A DNA stretch of 64,000 nucleotides from Longimicrobiales bacterium (lineage in GTDB: Bacteria > Gemmatimonadota > Gemmatimonadetes > Longimicrobiales > Gaopeijiaceae): assembly GCA_963422615.1 (NCBI GenBank), contig OY730414.1, positions 1,720,302 to 1,784,301 on the forward strand, in the 5' to 3' direction. Made by a program: the position numbers and the translations under genes. How positions within the stretch are numbered: position 1 is the first letter of the stretch; each line of letters begins with the position of its first letter. Below the pieces are notes generated by a model. That model saw only the letters and a program-made list of their open reading frames with translations, was not told where the DNA came from and did no database searches. Of the stretch, positions 49,057 through 60,444 are shown piece after piece.

Positions 49057-49740
49057 GTGAAGCCGGCCCCCGTAATGGCCCGGGACCTGCACCGATCCTA
49101 CCCGGGTGTGTCCGGCAGAGCCCTTCCCATCCTCCGAGGCGTAAACCTTTCGGTGGCGCCGGGAGAGGCGGTTGCCATCGTAGGCGCCAGCGGTGCGGGA
49201 AAGTCCACCCTTCTGCATCTTCTGGGCGCGCTCGACCGACCGACGAGGGGATCGGTCCGGGTAGCCGGGATGGATGTAGGATCCGCGAGCGAAGAAGAGG
49301 CGGCCCGGCTGCGAAACAGCCGAATCGGCCTGGTCTTTCAGTTTCACCACCTCCTGAGGGAATTCACGGCGCTGGAAAACGTCATGATGCCGGCCCTAAT
49401 CCGGGGGGAGGACAAGACGGTGGCGCGGGATTCGGCTGCCGATCTCCTTATGCAAGTCGGGCTTCAAGAGCGAAGCGGCCACAAGCCCTTCGAGCTCTCG
49501 GGCGGTGAGCAGCAAAGGGTGGCGGTGGCTCGCGCCCTGGTGAACCGGCCCATCGTCGTCTTGGCCGACGAGCCTACGGGCAACTTGGATCCCCGGACCA
49601 GCGAGGATGTTCACGACATCCTGTTCGACTTGAAAAAACGCCATGGTGTTGCGCTGGTCGTCGTGACCCATAACCGTGAGTTGGCGTTCAGGACGGAGAG
49701 GGCTCTGAAGTTGAGCGAGGGAGTTCTGAAAGATGCATGA
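49057..49740 (+). CDS. lolD: lipoprotein-releasing ABC ATP-binding protein
   Basis: [41 protein letters not shown]. Confidence 0.9.
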   Translation: MKPAPVMARDLHRSYPGVSGRALPILRGVNLSVAPGEAVAIVGASGAGKSTLLHLLGALDRPTRGSVRVAGMDVGSASEEEAARLRNSRIGLVFQFHHLLREFTALENVMMPALIRGEDKTVARDSAADLLMQVGLQERSGHKPFELSGGEQQRVAVARALVNRPIVVLADEPTGNLDPRTSEDVHDILFDLKKRHGVALVVVTHNRELAFRTERALKLSEGVLKDA

Positions 49741-50209
49741 TCCCGAAAGAGTCTGTGACGGGCCGAGTTGCTCAAACCCCGCAGTCGTTCACCTTGCTCA
49801 AATCGAAAACGGAAAAGTTTCCAATACGAAGTACTGGTGCAAGTCATGCGCGGAGGCAAAGGGCATCAGCACCAAAACGCCCTCCAGCTTCGAACGTTCG
49901 GACGCCGCCGCCGAAGAATCCTGTACGTTTTGCGACACGACCATGAAAGACTTCAAGGACACCGGCCTGCTTGGGTGCCCGCACTGTTACACTTCGTTCG
50001 AACCCGGCCTTCGCCGCCTCCTGAACCGTATCCATGGGTCAAGCCAGCATCTGGGAAAGGTATACCTTCCGCCCGATCCGTCGGCCCGGGATCTGGATGC
50101 GCGGGTCCAGGCCTTGCGCCGGCGCCTTCGGAGGGCGGTGGATGCTGAAGACTTTGAGCGGGCGGCGCTGCTTCGCGATCGGATCCGGGAGCTGGAGCCG
50201 GCCGGGTAG
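49733..50209 (+). CDS. mcsA: McsA-like Zn-finger/UVR protein (arginine kinase activator)
   Basis: Four Cys pairs (CDGPSC, CKSC, CTFC, CPHC) and C-terminal UVR motif EDFERAALLRDRI. Confidence 0.88.
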   Translation: MHDPERVCDGPSCSNPAVVHLAQIENGKVSNTKYWCKSCAEAKGISTKTPSSFERSDAAAEESCTFCDTTMKDFKDTGLLGCPHCYTSFEPGLRRLLNRIHGSSQHLGKVYLPPDPSARDLDARVQALRRRLRRAVDAEDFERAALLRDRIRELEPAG

Positions 50210-50211
50210 TC

Positions 50212-51315
50212 ATGAGTGACCTACAAGCGAACCCCGATTTCGGCTTGGGTTGGCTGGATGGGGCGGGCCCGTACTCCGACATCGTGCTTTCCACCCGGGT
50301 TCGTCTCGCCAGGAACCTCCAGGGCCACCCGTACGTATGCCGAGCGAGCGACGAAGACCGAAAGGCCGTCTTTGACGCCGTGGCCGGAGCGATCGAAAAG
50401 ACGTCTTTCGCTGGAGGAGGCGCCGTCCTTTTCCGCATGGAGGAAATGAAGCATCGCAACCGCCACATCTTTTTGGAACGACGGCTGGTTTCCAGGGACC
50501 TTCTGGATAAAGAGACCGGCAAGCCTTCCCCGGGAACGGCGGTCTTCGTGTTTTCCGGTAACCCTGCCAGTATGATGGTCAATGAGGAGGATCACCTGCG
50601 CCTCCAGTGCCTCGTGTCGGGCCTTCGCTTCATGGAGGCGTGGGGCTTGGCGGACCGGCTGGACGAAGAGATCAGCCCGTATTTGTTCTTGGCATATCAC
50701 CGGGAGTTCGGATATCTGACTTCCTGTCCGACGAACGCGGGAACCGGTCTTCGGGCGTCCGCACTTGCGCACCTGCCGGGCCTTGTCCTGACCAAGGAAT
50801 TCGAGAAGGTCTTCAGGGGTATCGCCCAGGTCGGGCTCACGGTTCGCGGCCTCCACGGGGAGGGGTCCGAAGTGATGGGGAACTTCTTCCAGATATCCAA
50901 CCAGACCACCTTGGGGAAGAGCGAGGAGGACTTGGTGGACCACCTGGCTCAGGTCGTTGGCATGGTCATTCAAACGGAACTCCAGGCGCGACAGATTCTG
51001 ATGCGGGACGCCGCATCTGTGACGGAGGACAAGGTATGGCGGGCGTACGGGCTGCTCCGCTATGCCCGGAGTCTCCCTTATAGAGAGTTGATAAACCTTT
51101 TGTCGGGGGTCCGGTTGGGCGTTTCCCTGAAAATTCTGCCGAGCCTGCGTGTTTCCATGCTGAACGAGCTGATGATCTTTTCGCAGACTGCCCATCTTGA
51201 AGAGGCGGCAGGGAAGGAGCTCTCCAAGCTGGAGCGGCACGCGCAACGGGCCGAATACGTGCGAGCGGTGTTGCGTGAAGGACGGGGAGGCATCCCTTTC
51301 GATCCCACCGGGTGA
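50212..51315 (+). CDS. mcsB: protein arginine kinase
   Basis: [45 protein letters not shown]. Confidence 0.93.
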   Translation: MSDLQANPDFGLGWLDGAGPYSDIVLSTRVRLARNLQGHPYVCRASDEDRKAVFDAVAGAIEKTSFAGGGAVLFRMEEMKHRNRHIFLERRLVSRDLLDKETGKPSPGTAVFVFSGNPASMMVNEEDHLRLQCLVSGLRFMEAWGLADRLDEEISPYLFLAYHREFGYLTSCPTNAGTGLRASALAHLPGLVLTKEFEKVFRGIAQVGLTVRGLHGEGSEVMGNFFQISNQTTLGKSEEDLVDHLAQVVGMVIQTELQARQILMRDAASVTEDKVWRAYGLLRYARSLPYRELINLLSGVRLGVSLKILPSLRVSMLNELMIFSQTAHLEEAAGKELSKLERHAQRAEYVRAVLREGRGGIPFDPTG

Positions 51316-51391
51316 GGATGAATTCTGTATATTGGGGGGTGGCAGCCGGTGGGCCGTGGCCGGTCAGCAGGCTTCGGAGGAAGCGAGCGAA

Positions 51392-53890
51392 ATGAACTAC
51401 AACTTCACGGAACGAGTGCGGAAGGTACTGTCGATGGCCCGCCAGGAAGCCATCCGGTTCCAGCACGACTACGTCGGTACCGAACACATCCTGCTGGGTC
51501 TGATTCGGGAAGGGGAAGGCGTGGCCGCCCGCGTCTTGGGTAACCTGAATGTGGATCTGGAGCGGATCCACAAGCGGGTGGAGGAATCGGTGCGCAAGGG
51601 AAAGGCCACCATTGCCCTGGGGGAGTTGCCGTATACGTCCCCGGCCAAGAAGGTTCTGGAGTTCGCAATGGCCGAGGCCCGCGAACTGAACCATTCCTAT
51701 GTGGGTACCGAACACCTGCTCCTGGGGCTTCTCCGAGAGGACAAGGGAATCGCCGCCCAGGTCCTCAATTCGCTGGGTGCCGCGATTGAAGAAGCTCGAG
51801 CCGAGACCCTCAAGGTTTTGGGCTCGGATACGAGTGCGGAGGGGACCGCAGGTACCCCCGGTGGGAGCGGATTGAGTCCCGCCGCAAGCGCCGGTTCCCG
51901 GCCTTCCGGAGGGGAAAAGAAATCCAAGACCCCGGCCCTTGACCACTTCTGTCGGGACCTTACGGGGTTGGCCCGTCGAGGGGAGCTGGATCCCGTCATC
52001 GGACGGGAGCGAGAGATTTCCCGAGCCGTCGAGATCCTGTGTCGCAGGAAGAAGAACAACCCGGTGCTCATCGGAGAGCCGGGGGTTGGAAAAACCGCAA
52101 TCGTAGAGGGTCTCGCCCAGCTCATTGCCAGGGGCGAAGTTACCGAAGGGCTCCGGAGCCACCGTGTCCTCGCGCTTGATATGGCCGCCGTGATCGCCGG
52201 TACCAAGTACCGGGGACAGTTCGAAGAGCGGCTCAAGGCGGTGGTGAACGAGATCTCTCAGAACCGAAATGTGATCCTGTTCCTGGACGAGCTCCACACG
52301 TTGGTGGGCGCCGGCGCTGCCGAGGGGGCGGTCGACGCTTCCAACATGCTCAAGCCGTCCCTGGCCCGGGGAGAGCTCCAGTGTATCGGCGCCTCCACTC
52401 CCAACGAATACCGAAGGTACGTTGAGAAGGACGGGGCCCTGGAACGCCGCTTTCAACCGGTGGTCGTCAATCCTCCCACCGTCGAGGAGACCGTGGAAAT
52501 CCTTCGGGGTCTCAGGTGCCACTACGAAGACCACCACAAAGTTACCATCCCGGACGAAGCCCTCGCTCACGCGTCGCGACTCTCCGACCGGTACATCACG
52601 GATCGGTTCCTCCCGGACAAGGCGATCGACGTGATTGACGAGGCCGGAGCCCGGACGAGGATCGCGAGCCAAGTGCCGCCTCCCGAAGTTGAGGAGCTCA
52701 AGGCCGAACTTGCGGAGGTGGTGCAGCGCAAGGAAGAGGCGATTCGGAACCAGAACTTCGAGCGGGCAGCCCGGCTTCGGGACGAGGAACGGGCGCTCCA
52801 TGCGCGCATCCGGGAGGAAAGGGCGGCGTGGGAGGAGGAGCGGAAGCGCTTTCGGCCGGAGATCACCCCGGAAGACGTGTCCTTCATCGTGAGCCGATGG
52901 ACGGGCATTCCGGTTACCCGGATCCGACAGGCGGAGACCGAACGCCTCGTGAGCATGGAAGAAGAACTGCACAAGCGCGTGGTCGGCCAGCACGACGCAA
53001 TTGCGGCCATCTCGAGGGCCATCCGTCGGAGCCGAGCCGGTCTGAGGGATCCGCGCCGACCGATCGGTTCCTTCATCTTCTCCGGCCCCACGGGGGTCGG
53101 GAAGACCGAGCTTGCCCGTACGTTGGCGGAGTTCCTCTTCGCGGATCGGGACGCCTTGATCCGCGTCGACATGAGCGAATACATGGAGAAGTTTTCGATT
53201 TCCCGCTTGATCGGAGCTCCCCCGGGGTACGTGGGGTACGACGATTCGGGCGCGCTCACGAAGGCAGTGCGCCGGCGGCCCTATTCCGTGGTCCTCTTCG
53301 ACGAAATCGAAAAAGCCCACCCCGATGTGTTCAATCTCCTTCTGCAAGTCCTGGACGAGGGCCATCTGACCGACAACTACGGCCGGGCGATCGACTTCAG
53401 GAACACAGTGCTGATCATGACGTCCAATCTGGGCGGGAGAGAGATCTCGAAAGGTGGTCTGGGCTTCCGCCAGGGGGACCCCCAGTCCAGCTACAAGATC
53501 ATGCGGGATAAGGTCATGGACGAAATCGAGCGGGCGTTCAATCCGGAGTTTCTGAACCGGGTGGACGACACCATCGTCTTCCATCCGTTGAGTCGGCGGG
53601 AGATCGGGATCATCGTCCACATCCTTCTGGAAGACCTGAAGACGCGTCTGGCCCGAGAAGAGATCACTCTGGAGCTGACGGAGGCTGCCGTGGACTTCCT
53701 GGTCCACCGTGGCTATGACGAGAAGTTCGGCGCCCGGCCCCTCAAGCGAGCCATACGGCGGTTTCTGGAGGACCCCCTGTCGGAGAAGATATTGCTGGCC
53801 GAATACGGCTCGGGGGAAGAAATCGAAGTCGGCGTAACCGCGGACGGAGACGCGCTTTCCTTTGGAGTGGCGTCGCCGACGAAAACGTGA
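51392..53890 (+). CDS. clpC: ATP-dependent Clp protease ATP-binding subunit ClpC
   Basis: Two Clp-N repeats (GTEHILLGL), [11 protein letters not shown] domain, [11 protein letters not shown] loop, GARPLKR. Confidence 0.95.
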   Translation: MNYNFTERVRKVLSMARQEAIRFQHDYVGTEHILLGLIREGEGVAARVLGNLNVDLERIHKRVEESVRKGKATIALGELPYTSPAKKVLEFAMAEARELNHSYVGTEHLLLGLLREDKGIAAQVLNSLGAAIEEARAETLKVLGSDTSAEGTAGTPGGSGLSPAASAGSRPSGGEKKSKTPALDHFCRDLTGLARRGELDPVIGREREISRAVEILCRRKKNNPVLIGEPGVGKTAIVEGLAQLIARGEVTEGLRSHRVLALDMAAVIAGTKYRGQFEERLKAVVNEISQNRNVILFLDELHTLVGAGAAEGAVDASNMLKPSLARGELQCIGASTPNEYRRYVEKDGALERRFQPVVVNPPTVEETVEILRGLRCHYEDHHKVTIPDEALAHASRLSDRYITDRFLPDKAIDVIDEAGARTRIASQVPPPEVEELKAELAEVVQRKEEAIRNQNFERAARLRDEERALHARIREERAAWEEERKRFRPEITPEDVSFIVSRWTGIPVTRIRQAETERLVSMEEELHKRVVGQHDAIAAISRAIRRSRAGLRDPRRPIGSFIFSGPTGVGKTELARTLAEFLFADRDALIRVDMSEYMEKFSISRLIGAPPGYVGYDDSGALTKAVRRRPYSVVLFDEIEKAHPDVFNLLLQVLDEGHLTDNYGRAIDFRNTVLIMTSNLGGREISKGGLGFRQGDPQSSYKIMRDKVMDEIERAFNPEFLNRVDDTIVFHPLSRREIGIIVHILLEDLKTRLAREEITLELTEAAVDFLVHRGYDEKFGARPLKRAIRRFLEDPLSEKILLAEYGSGEEIEVGVTADGDALSFGVASPTKT

Positions 53891-56316
53891 TCTCGAACCG
53901 GCGTTGCGGCAGTGCCGTGCGGACGGGGGTCGTCCTACTGGCGGCCTTTGTGGGGGGGGTTCCTTTGACGGGGACGGCTCAGGCGCCCGGCGGACAGGAA
54001 CAGCTGGTGCGGATCGATTCCCTGGCGGTGCGGGGCGTCCGGCGGCTTGCGTCGGCGGATGTGGTCGGAGTTTCGGGGATTCGGCCCGGTACGCTCAATA
54101 GCTGGATCGACATCCAACGGGCCATCAAGAATCTCTGGGCCACGGGCCAGTACGAGGACGTGTCGGTCAAGCTGGACGAATCGGGAGGTCGCAACACCCT
54201 GATTCTGGAGGTCACGGAACGGAACGTCACCCGGTTGGTCCGCATCACCGGCCTGGAGTCCGTCTCCGAGAGTGAGGTCATGGAAGAGGCCGGGTTGGAA
54301 GAAGGCGTCCCGGTTTCCAGGAACCGTTTGGCAAAGGCCCAGGGGTTCATTCGGGAAGAGCTGCGGCGCCAGGGCGTGCCCTTTGCCCGGATTGAGGAAC
54401 GGCTGGAGCCCGTCCCCGGGGAAGAGGGTCGGGTGGACATCGTCTTGGAGGTTGACGAAGGCCAGAAGGTCACCGTTTCAGAGATCGCCTTCTCCGGCAA
54501 CGAGCGCTTTTCCGACGAAGAGCTCCGGGGGGCCATGACGACTAAGTCCGAGGGCTTCTTGTGGTTCCGAGGCGGAGAGTACGACGACCTCAACTTTGAA
54601 ATGGACCTTGCTGAGTCCCTTCCCAGGCGCTATCGGCAGCACGGGTACCTCGATTTTCAAGTCCTGGGCGACACGCTCATCGTCGATCCCACGTCCGGGA
54701 AAGCGCGCATAGAAACGAGAGTCGACGAAGGGGCCCAGTACCGCTTGGCGAGCTTCGAGATCGAAGGGAACACCGCTTTCGAGACCGAGCAGCTCCAGGC
54801 GTACTTCAAGGAGGATTCGGGCGGGCTTCTTTCGGCTCTGGGGATCGGAAGGGATCAAGATCAGGACGGAGAGCGCGTTTTTGACGCCATCGGATTCGAA
54901 GAGGCGGCCCAGCAGGTGCGGGAGCTCTATTCCAACGAGGGGTACCTCTACGCTCAGGTTGAGCCATTCTGGGAACGAACCGATGAAGAGGTAGACGAAC
55001 ACCCGACGATCCGGGCGGGATGGCGCATCAATGAGCAATCCCAGGCCTACGTCAACCGGATCATCATTGAAGGAAACGACTTCACCTACGACCGCGTCAT
55101 CCGGGAGAAGATCTTTCTACTCCCTGGCGACGTCTACAGCCAGTCGCGGCTGCTTCAGTCATACCAGAACATCCAGTCCCTGGGCTTCTTCGAGACACCG
55201 ATGCCCGCGCCCGAAATCCGCCCGACGGAAACGGGCGATGTGGACATCATCTTCACAGTGACGGAAAAACAGACGGGCTCCGTTCAGTTCGGCACGGCGG
55301 TGGGGGGGGGTGTGGGCCTATCGGGCTTCCTGGGCTACGACCAGCCCAATTTGTTCGGCCAGGCGAAGGCCGGCAGCTTTCGGTGGGACTTTGGGCGCTA
55401 CATCCGAAGCTTGACCCTCACGGCTACGGATCCGGCGTTGTTCCAGTCCACGGTGAGCGGCTCCATATCCCTTTTCAACTCCACCGACCGTTTCTTCCAA
55501 TTCGCTACGGGAAGGAGGAGAAGGGCCGGGTTCACCACGCGGGTTGGCGTACCCTTTCCCGGCTCTTTGCGAACAAGGGTGTTCTTTGGATATTCGCTTT
55601 CGCGCACCCGATATGAGCAGTTCAACAATGCTGACGACACATCGCTTTTTGGACTGCCGCCGGGCACCCTGAGCTCCTTTTCCGTGGGCATCACCCGCCG
55701 CACCTTGAACCATCCCCTGTTTCCAACTTCCGGTTCCATGCAGACGTTGAACGCCGAGCTGAACGGCGGACCGCTGGGCGGAGCCGGGGACTTCGTAAAG
55801 CACACGGCGGAGACCCAATGGATGATTCCCATTGGAAGCTTGGGCGGAGATGGCGCCACGCCCTCAGGGGTTCAATTCGCCCTGGGTCTCAGCATGAGAG
55901 GCGGCGCCCTGTTCGGAGATGCTTCTCGCTTCCCCTTCGAGTCTTTCTGGATGGGGGGCGTCCAATTCGGCCAGCCGCTCAGGGGATACGACGAGACGTC
56001 CATCACGCCTAGGGGCTACTTTCCGGAGCGGGGCGGGGGAATCGCCCAGATCGAGCGACTGGGAGACGCGTACTTTTCTGCCACCGCCGAGGTGAAGACC
56101 GTCATCAATTCCAACATCGGCCTTTCGGCGTTCTTTGACGCGGGGAACCTCTGGGCGGACCCCGGCGACTTGAACACATCCAAGCTGTTTCGGGGAACGG
56201 GTTTCGGCGTTCAGCTCATGACGCCCTTCGGCCCCTTGGGGGTGGACTTGGCCTACGGCTTCGACAGGGCCGAACCCGGGTGGCAGGCGCACTTCAAGAT
56301 GGGGCCGACCTTCTAA
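53887..56316 (+). CDS. bamA: outer-membrane protein assembly factor BamA
   Basis: POTRA repeats, NLFG, LRGY motif, [13 protein letters not shown], terminal F. Confidence 0.93.
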   Translation: MISNRRCGSAVRTGVVLLAAFVGGVPLTGTAQAPGGQEQLVRIDSLAVRGVRRLASADVVGVSGIRPGTLNSWIDIQRAIKNLWATGQYEDVSVKLDESGGRNTLILEVTERNVTRLVRITGLESVSESEVMEEAGLEEGVPVSRNRLAKAQGFIREELRRQGVPFARIEERLEPVPGEEGRVDIVLEVDEGQKVTVSEIAFSGNERFSDEELRGAMTTKSEGFLWFRGGEYDDLNFEMDLAESLPRRYRQHGYLDFQVLGDTLIVDPTSGKARIETRVDEGAQYRLASFEIEGNTAFETEQLQAYFKEDSGGLLSALGIGRDQDQDGERVFDAIGFEEAAQQVRELYSNEGYLYAQVEPFWERTDEEVDEHPTIRAGWRINEQSQAYVNRIIIEGNDFTYDRVIREKIFLLPGDVYSQSRLLQSYQNIQSLGFFETPMPAPEIRPTETGDVDIIFTVTEKQTGSVQFGTAVGGGVGLSGFLGYDQPNLFGQAKAGSFRWDFGRYIRSLTLTATDPALFQSTVSGSISLFNSTDRFFQFATGRRRRAGFTTRVGVPFPGSLRTRVFFGYSLSRTRYEQFNNADDTSLFGLPPGTLSSFSVGITRRTLNHPLFPTSGSMQTLNAELNGGPLGGAGDFVKHTAETQWMIPIGSLGGDGATPSGVQFALGLSMRGGALFGDASRFPFESFWMGGVQFGQPLRGYDETSITPRGYFPERGGGIAQIERLGDAYFSATAEVKTVINSNIGLSAFFDAGNLWADPGDLNTSKLFRGTGFGVQLMTPFGPLGVDLAYGFDRAEPGWQAHFKMGPTF

Positions 56317-56488
56317 TGGGCATTCGACGATGAACCTTCGGGCTCCGGCGAAGATGGGTGCGGAGGGCCGTTGGACCCGACCGTCACGGCCGCCGACAGG
56401 AACCAAGTTGCGGAACGACCGCAACAGAAGCTGCCGTTCTGCGTCGATGCAGACGGCTTCGAATCGGATTTCACTGGAGAGTTAGAAA

Positions 56489-57064
56489 ATGCGTCGTTCG
56501 TGGTTAGGCATCGCCGTGGCACCGTCTCTGCTTCTGTTGCCGGGCAAGAGCGAGGAGGGCAACGGCGTGGCTGCCGCCCTGCCTGAAGCACAGCCGACGA
56601 AGGTGGGCTGGGTCGATTCCAACGAGATCCTGGTTCAGTACCCTAGGTACCAGGAAGCCCAGAAGGCCCTTGAAGCGAGCCTTCAGGGCTACGGAACCGA
56701 GGTCCAGCAGCTCAACGCCGATATGCAGGCTGCGGTTGAGGAGTACCAGCAGCAACAGCTGACCATGACGCCGGAGGCTCGGCAGAGCCGCGAAGAAGAA
56801 CTTCGCAACCGGCAGCGGTCCATACAGCAGCGGACCCAGCAGCTGGAGGCCGAAGCCCAGCAGCGGCGGGCCGAAGTGCTCCAGCCCGTCATGGAAGCCA
56901 TCACCGCGGTCATCGAGGAGATTCGGGTGGAAGGAAGCTATGCCATGATTCTGGACTCCGCTTCCCAAGCCATCATTTCGGCGGATCCGGCGTTGGAGCT
57001 GACCCAGGAAGTTCTCGACAGACTGGAGCGTTCAGGAGGGAGCGGGTCGGAACCGGGGCGATGA
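56489..57064 (+). CDS. skp: OmpH/Skp periplasmic chaperone
   Basis: KVGWVDSNEIL, coiled coil, YAMILD...ELTQEVL; lies directly after bamA. Confidence 0.88.
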   Translation: MRRSWLGIAVAPSLLLLPGKSEEGNGVAAALPEAQPTKVGWVDSNEILVQYPRYQEAQKALEASLQGYGTEVQQLNADMQAAVEEYQQQQLTMTPEARQSREEELRNRQRSIQQRTQQLEAEAQQRRAEVLQPVMEAITAVIEEIRVEGSYAMILDSASQAIISADPALELTQEVLDRLERSGGSGSEPGR

Positions 57065-57187
57065 ATCTCGGGCTCCACAACGGAGTCAACTTTGAGCCCC
57101 GTCGCCGCATTGCCCCTTCGGGCCTTCTGAAACTTCCCCACCTGGCTCGTCCCGGCAGGGCCCGTGGAGGTGTAGCGGGTACGTGAC

Positions 57188-58240
57188 GTGAGCATGCTGA
57201 CGCTGGCGGACGCCGAGAAGTTGACCGCCGGGCGAATCTTCGGAGACGACAGTGTGGCTTTCCAGAAGATCTCGCCGATCTACGATGCGGGTCCGGAGGA
57301 CATGGCGTTCCTTGCCGATCGACGGTATGCGGAACACCTCTCGGTTTGTCCAAGCCGGGCGCTCCTCGTCAGCGAAGCCCTGGGCTCCTTGGAAGGCGGG
57401 CCTACGAACCGGCTGGTCGTGCCGGATCCTCATGCAGCCCTGGTCGTCCTTCTGCCGGTTCTGCACCCAGAGCCCAAGCAGAGATGGGGAATTCACCCCA
57501 CGGCTGTCATCCATGCTTCCGCCACTGTGGACAAGCGGGTCGCGATCGGCCCCAACGTCGTGATCGGCGCCGACGTTTCCGTGGGGCAAAGTGTGGACAT
57601 CGGAGCGAACTGCGTCGTAGGCGCCGGCGTCTCCATCGGCACCGGGACAACCTTGTTTCCGAACGTGACGATCTACGCCCGCTCGGCTCTGGGAGAACGA
57701 GTGATCGTTCACGCGGGCACCCGGATCGGGGTTGACGGATTCGGCTACGTTCGCTCCACCGGGGCGATCGTGAAGGTGCCCCAGATGGGAGACTGTGTGA
57801 TTGAAAACGACGTGGAGATCGGCGCGAACTGCACGATCGACCGAGGATCCATCGGTAGAACGGTCGTCGGCACCGGCTCGAAGCTGGACAACCTGGTTCA
57901 CATCGCGCACAACGTCGTCATCGGACCCCGGTCGATTCTTGTCGCCCAGGTGGGGGTAGCGGGCTCCACCCGTACCGGGGAAGGGGTCGCCATGGGGGGG
58001 CAAGCCGGGCTGGTGGGACACCTGAAGATTGGTGCGGGAGCCCGCATTGGCGCTCAGGCGGGGGTCATCGGGGATGTGGCCCCGGGACAAGTGGTTTCGG
58101 GGTACCCGGCCCGGGACCACAGGACCTACCTCAAGGCCATGGCCCGGATCATGCGGATGCCGGACCTTCTGAAGCGGGTCGACCGAATTGAACGCCGTCT
58201 CCAACCCGGAGGCGCCACTAGCCCGGAAGATCCTGGCTGA
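57188..58240 (+). CDS. lpxD: UDP-3-O-acylglucosamine N-acyltransferase
   Basis: Hexapeptide repeats, GVDGFGY, IGANCTIDRG, KLDNLVHIAHNV, SGYPA. Confidence 0.95.
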   Translation: MSMLTLADAEKLTAGRIFGDDSVAFQKISPIYDAGPEDMAFLADRRYAEHLSVCPSRALLVSEALGSLEGGPTNRLVVPDPHAALVVLLPVLHPEPKQRWGIHPTAVIHASATVDKRVAIGPNVVIGADVSVGQSVDIGANCVVGAGVSIGTGTTLFPNVTIYARSALGERVIVHAGTRIGVDGFGYVRSTGAIVKVPQMGDCVIENDVEIGANCTIDRGSIGRTVVGTGSKLDNLVHIAHNVVIGPRSILVAQVGVAGSTRTGEGVAMGGQAGLVGHLKIGAGARIGAQAGVIGDVAPGQVVSGYPARDHRTYLKAMARIMRMPDLLKRVDRIERRLQPGGATSPEDPG

Positions 58241-58351
58241 TGTCTTGGCGGTACGCGATACCGTTGTCGTTAGATTCGAGACGTACCCGCGCGACCCCGG
58301 TGCTCCGGACCGCGCCAATCCTCCACCCAAACCGCATCTCCTGCTTGCCAA

Positions 58352-59638
58352 ATGGCCCGCGAAAACCAGCACACTCTTGCTCAAGAGACCCATCTGGAGG
58401 GCATCGGATTGCATTCCGGAAAGAGGAGCAGGATCACGATCAAGCCTTCCCCCGAAGGGTCTGGAATCGTGTTCCGGCGCACCGACGTGGCAGGCGAGCC
58501 GGAAGTTCCTGCTTCTCTGGGCTACGTGACGGGGACCGCCTTGGGCACGACGCTAGGCGCTGGGGGTACGGAGATCCTGACGGTTGAACATGTGCTGGCC
58601 GCGCTGGCTGCGCTCGAGGTGGACAACGCGCTGCTTGAGCTGGACGGCCCCGAGCCGCCCATCCTGGACGGGAGTTTTTCTCCGTACGTGGACGCAATCT
58701 GGAAAGTCGGCCGGATCGCCCAGCGGGCCAAGGCCAACCTGATCCATGTATCCGAGGTGATCACGGTTGCCGAAGGCGAAGGGGCTTCGTACGTGGCGGT
58801 TCCCGACGACGAATTTCGTATCTCGGCCACGATTGACTTCGCTCACCAAGCCATCGGCCGCCAGCACGGCGCCTTCGGAGTTGACGAAAGGCGATTCCGA
58901 ACCCAGCTGGCGTCCGCCCGAACCTTCGGTTTCAAGGCAGACGCGAAATCCCTTCACGCCCGCGGCTTGGCCCTGGGGGCTTCCCTCACGAACACGGTGA
59001 TCCTGGACGGGGCGGGCGTGATGAACCAGAGCCTCCGGCATCCGGACGAATTCCTCCGCCACAAGGTCGGAGACATCGTAGGTGACCTCGCGCTCCTGGG
59101 GGGAAGGTTCCGGGGTCATGTCGTCGCCGAACGACCCAGCCACCGCGGGAACGTGAGTCTGGCCCGGGTCATTCGGAGCCAGCATGACCGGAACCGCCGT
59201 GCCCGCATCGTTGACATCCGGCGCATCAAAGAGTATCTCCCCCACCGCTACCCCATGCTCCTGGTTGACCGGATTGTTGAGTTCGAACCGGGGAAGCGCA
59301 TCGTTGGGCTCAAGAACGTAACGATCAACGAGCCTTTCTTCGGCGGGCACTTCCCGGATCATCCGATTATGCCTGGGGTTCTCATCATAGAAGCAATGGG
59401 CCAGGTCGGCGGACTTCTCTTGATGGACGCCGTCGAAAATCCCGAAGACAAGGTCGTGTACTTCATGTCCTTGGACAACGTAAAGTGGCGACACCCGGTT
59501 GTGCCGGGGGATCAGATCCTCTTCGATTTGGAGATGCTCAACCTCCGGCGTCACGTCTGCAGGATGAAGGGAAAGGGCACCGTGGACGGAAAGACTGTGG
59601 CCGAAGCCGAAATGACAGCAAGGATCGTAAACCGATGA
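58352..59638 (+). CDS. lpxC: bifunctional LpxC deacetylase / FabZ dehydratase
   Basis: GIGLHSG, TVEHVLAAL, RHKVGDIVGDL, then LPHRYPMLLVDR and HFPDHPIMPGVLIIEAM. Confidence 0.95.
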   Translation: MARENQHTLAQETHLEGIGLHSGKRSRITIKPSPEGSGIVFRRTDVAGEPEVPASLGYVTGTALGTTLGAGGTEILTVEHVLAALAALEVDNALLELDGPEPPILDGSFSPYVDAIWKVGRIAQRAKANLIHVSEVITVAEGEGASYVAVPDDEFRISATIDFAHQAIGRQHGAFGVDERRFRTQLASARTFGFKADAKSLHARGLALGASLTNTVILDGAGVMNQSLRHPDEFLRHKVGDIVGDLALLGGRFRGHVVAERPSHRGNVSLARVIRSQHDRNRRARIVDIRRIKEYLPHRYPMLLVDRIVEFEPGKRIVGLKNVTINEPFFGGHFPDHPIMPGVLIIEAMGQVGGLLLMDAVENPEDKVVYFMSLDNVKWRHPVVPGDQILFDLEMLNLRRHVCRMKGKGTVDGKTVAEAEMTARIVNR

Positions 59639-60444
59639 GGGGAACGTCAGCCGATTTCGGCGCGACGACCAAGATCCATGAGACGGCGATTACTGATCCT
59701 TCCGCCGAGCTGGAGCACGGCGTGGAAATCGGCCCTTTCGCGATTGTGGGCTGCGGCGTCCGGATCGGCGCGAACACCCGGATTGGCCCGCGTGTTCTGA
59801 TCCAAGGCAACACCACGATCGGGAACAACTGCCAGATCGCAAATGGTGCGGTCCTGGGAACGGACCCTCAGGACATGAAGTACGAAGGAGAGGAGACGTT
59901 CCTGGAAGTCGGGGACCGGACCGTGATCCGGGAGTTTGCAACGCTGAACCGAGGGACGGCCGCTTCGGGGCATACGGTCGTGGGCTCGGACTGTCTCCTG
60001 ATGGCGTATAGCCACATTGCTCACGACTGCGAGGTGGGGAACCATGTCGTCATCTCCAACGCGACAAACATGGCAGGGCACGTTACGATTGAGGACTGGG
60101 CGATTGTCAGCGGTCTTGTGGCCATCCACCAGTTCGTGCGGATCGGCGCCCACGCCTTTGTCGGGGGCGGCTCCAGGATTGCCAAGGATGTGCCTCCGTA
60201 CTGTCGGGTGGCGGGGAATCGCTCCCCTAAGCTCTATGGGCTCAACACAGTGGGGATGGAGCGAAGGGGGGTTTCCGCCTCCGTCCGCCGCAGCCTCAAG
60301 AAAACGTATCGAATCCTCTTCCAGTCGCATCTGAATCTATCCCAGGCCATCTTGTGCGTGGAAGCGGAACCGGACCTCAAGTGCCCCGAGGTGGGTTACT
60401 TTCTTGACTTCATCCGGAACAGCAAACGCGGCATCACCTTCTGA
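59635..60444 (+). CDS. lpxA: UDP-GlcNAc acyltransferase
   Basis: IHETAI, PQDMKY, REFATLNRGT, HIAHDC, HQFVRIG, DVPPY, GLNTVG. Confidence 0.95.
   Translation: MRGTSADFGATTKIHETAITDPSAELEHGVEIGPFAIVGCGVRIGANTRIGPRVLIQGNTTIGNNCQIANGAVLGTDPQDMKYEGEETFLEVGDRTVIREFATLNRGTAASGHTVVGSDCLLMAYSHIAHDCEVGNHVVISNATNMAGHVTIEDWAIVSGLVAIHQFVRIGAHAFVGGGSRIAKDVPPYCRVAGNRSPKLYGLNTVGMERRGVSASVRRSLKKTYRILFQSHLNLSQAILCVEAEPDLKCPEVGYFLDFIRNSKRGITF

Noticed and set aside
50966..53707. 913-aa minus-strand ORF
   Set aside because: Antisense shadow of clpC.
58240..58587. 115-aa ORF overlapping the lpxD stop
   Set aside because: It overlaps lpxC out of frame by more than 230 nt and has no motifs.
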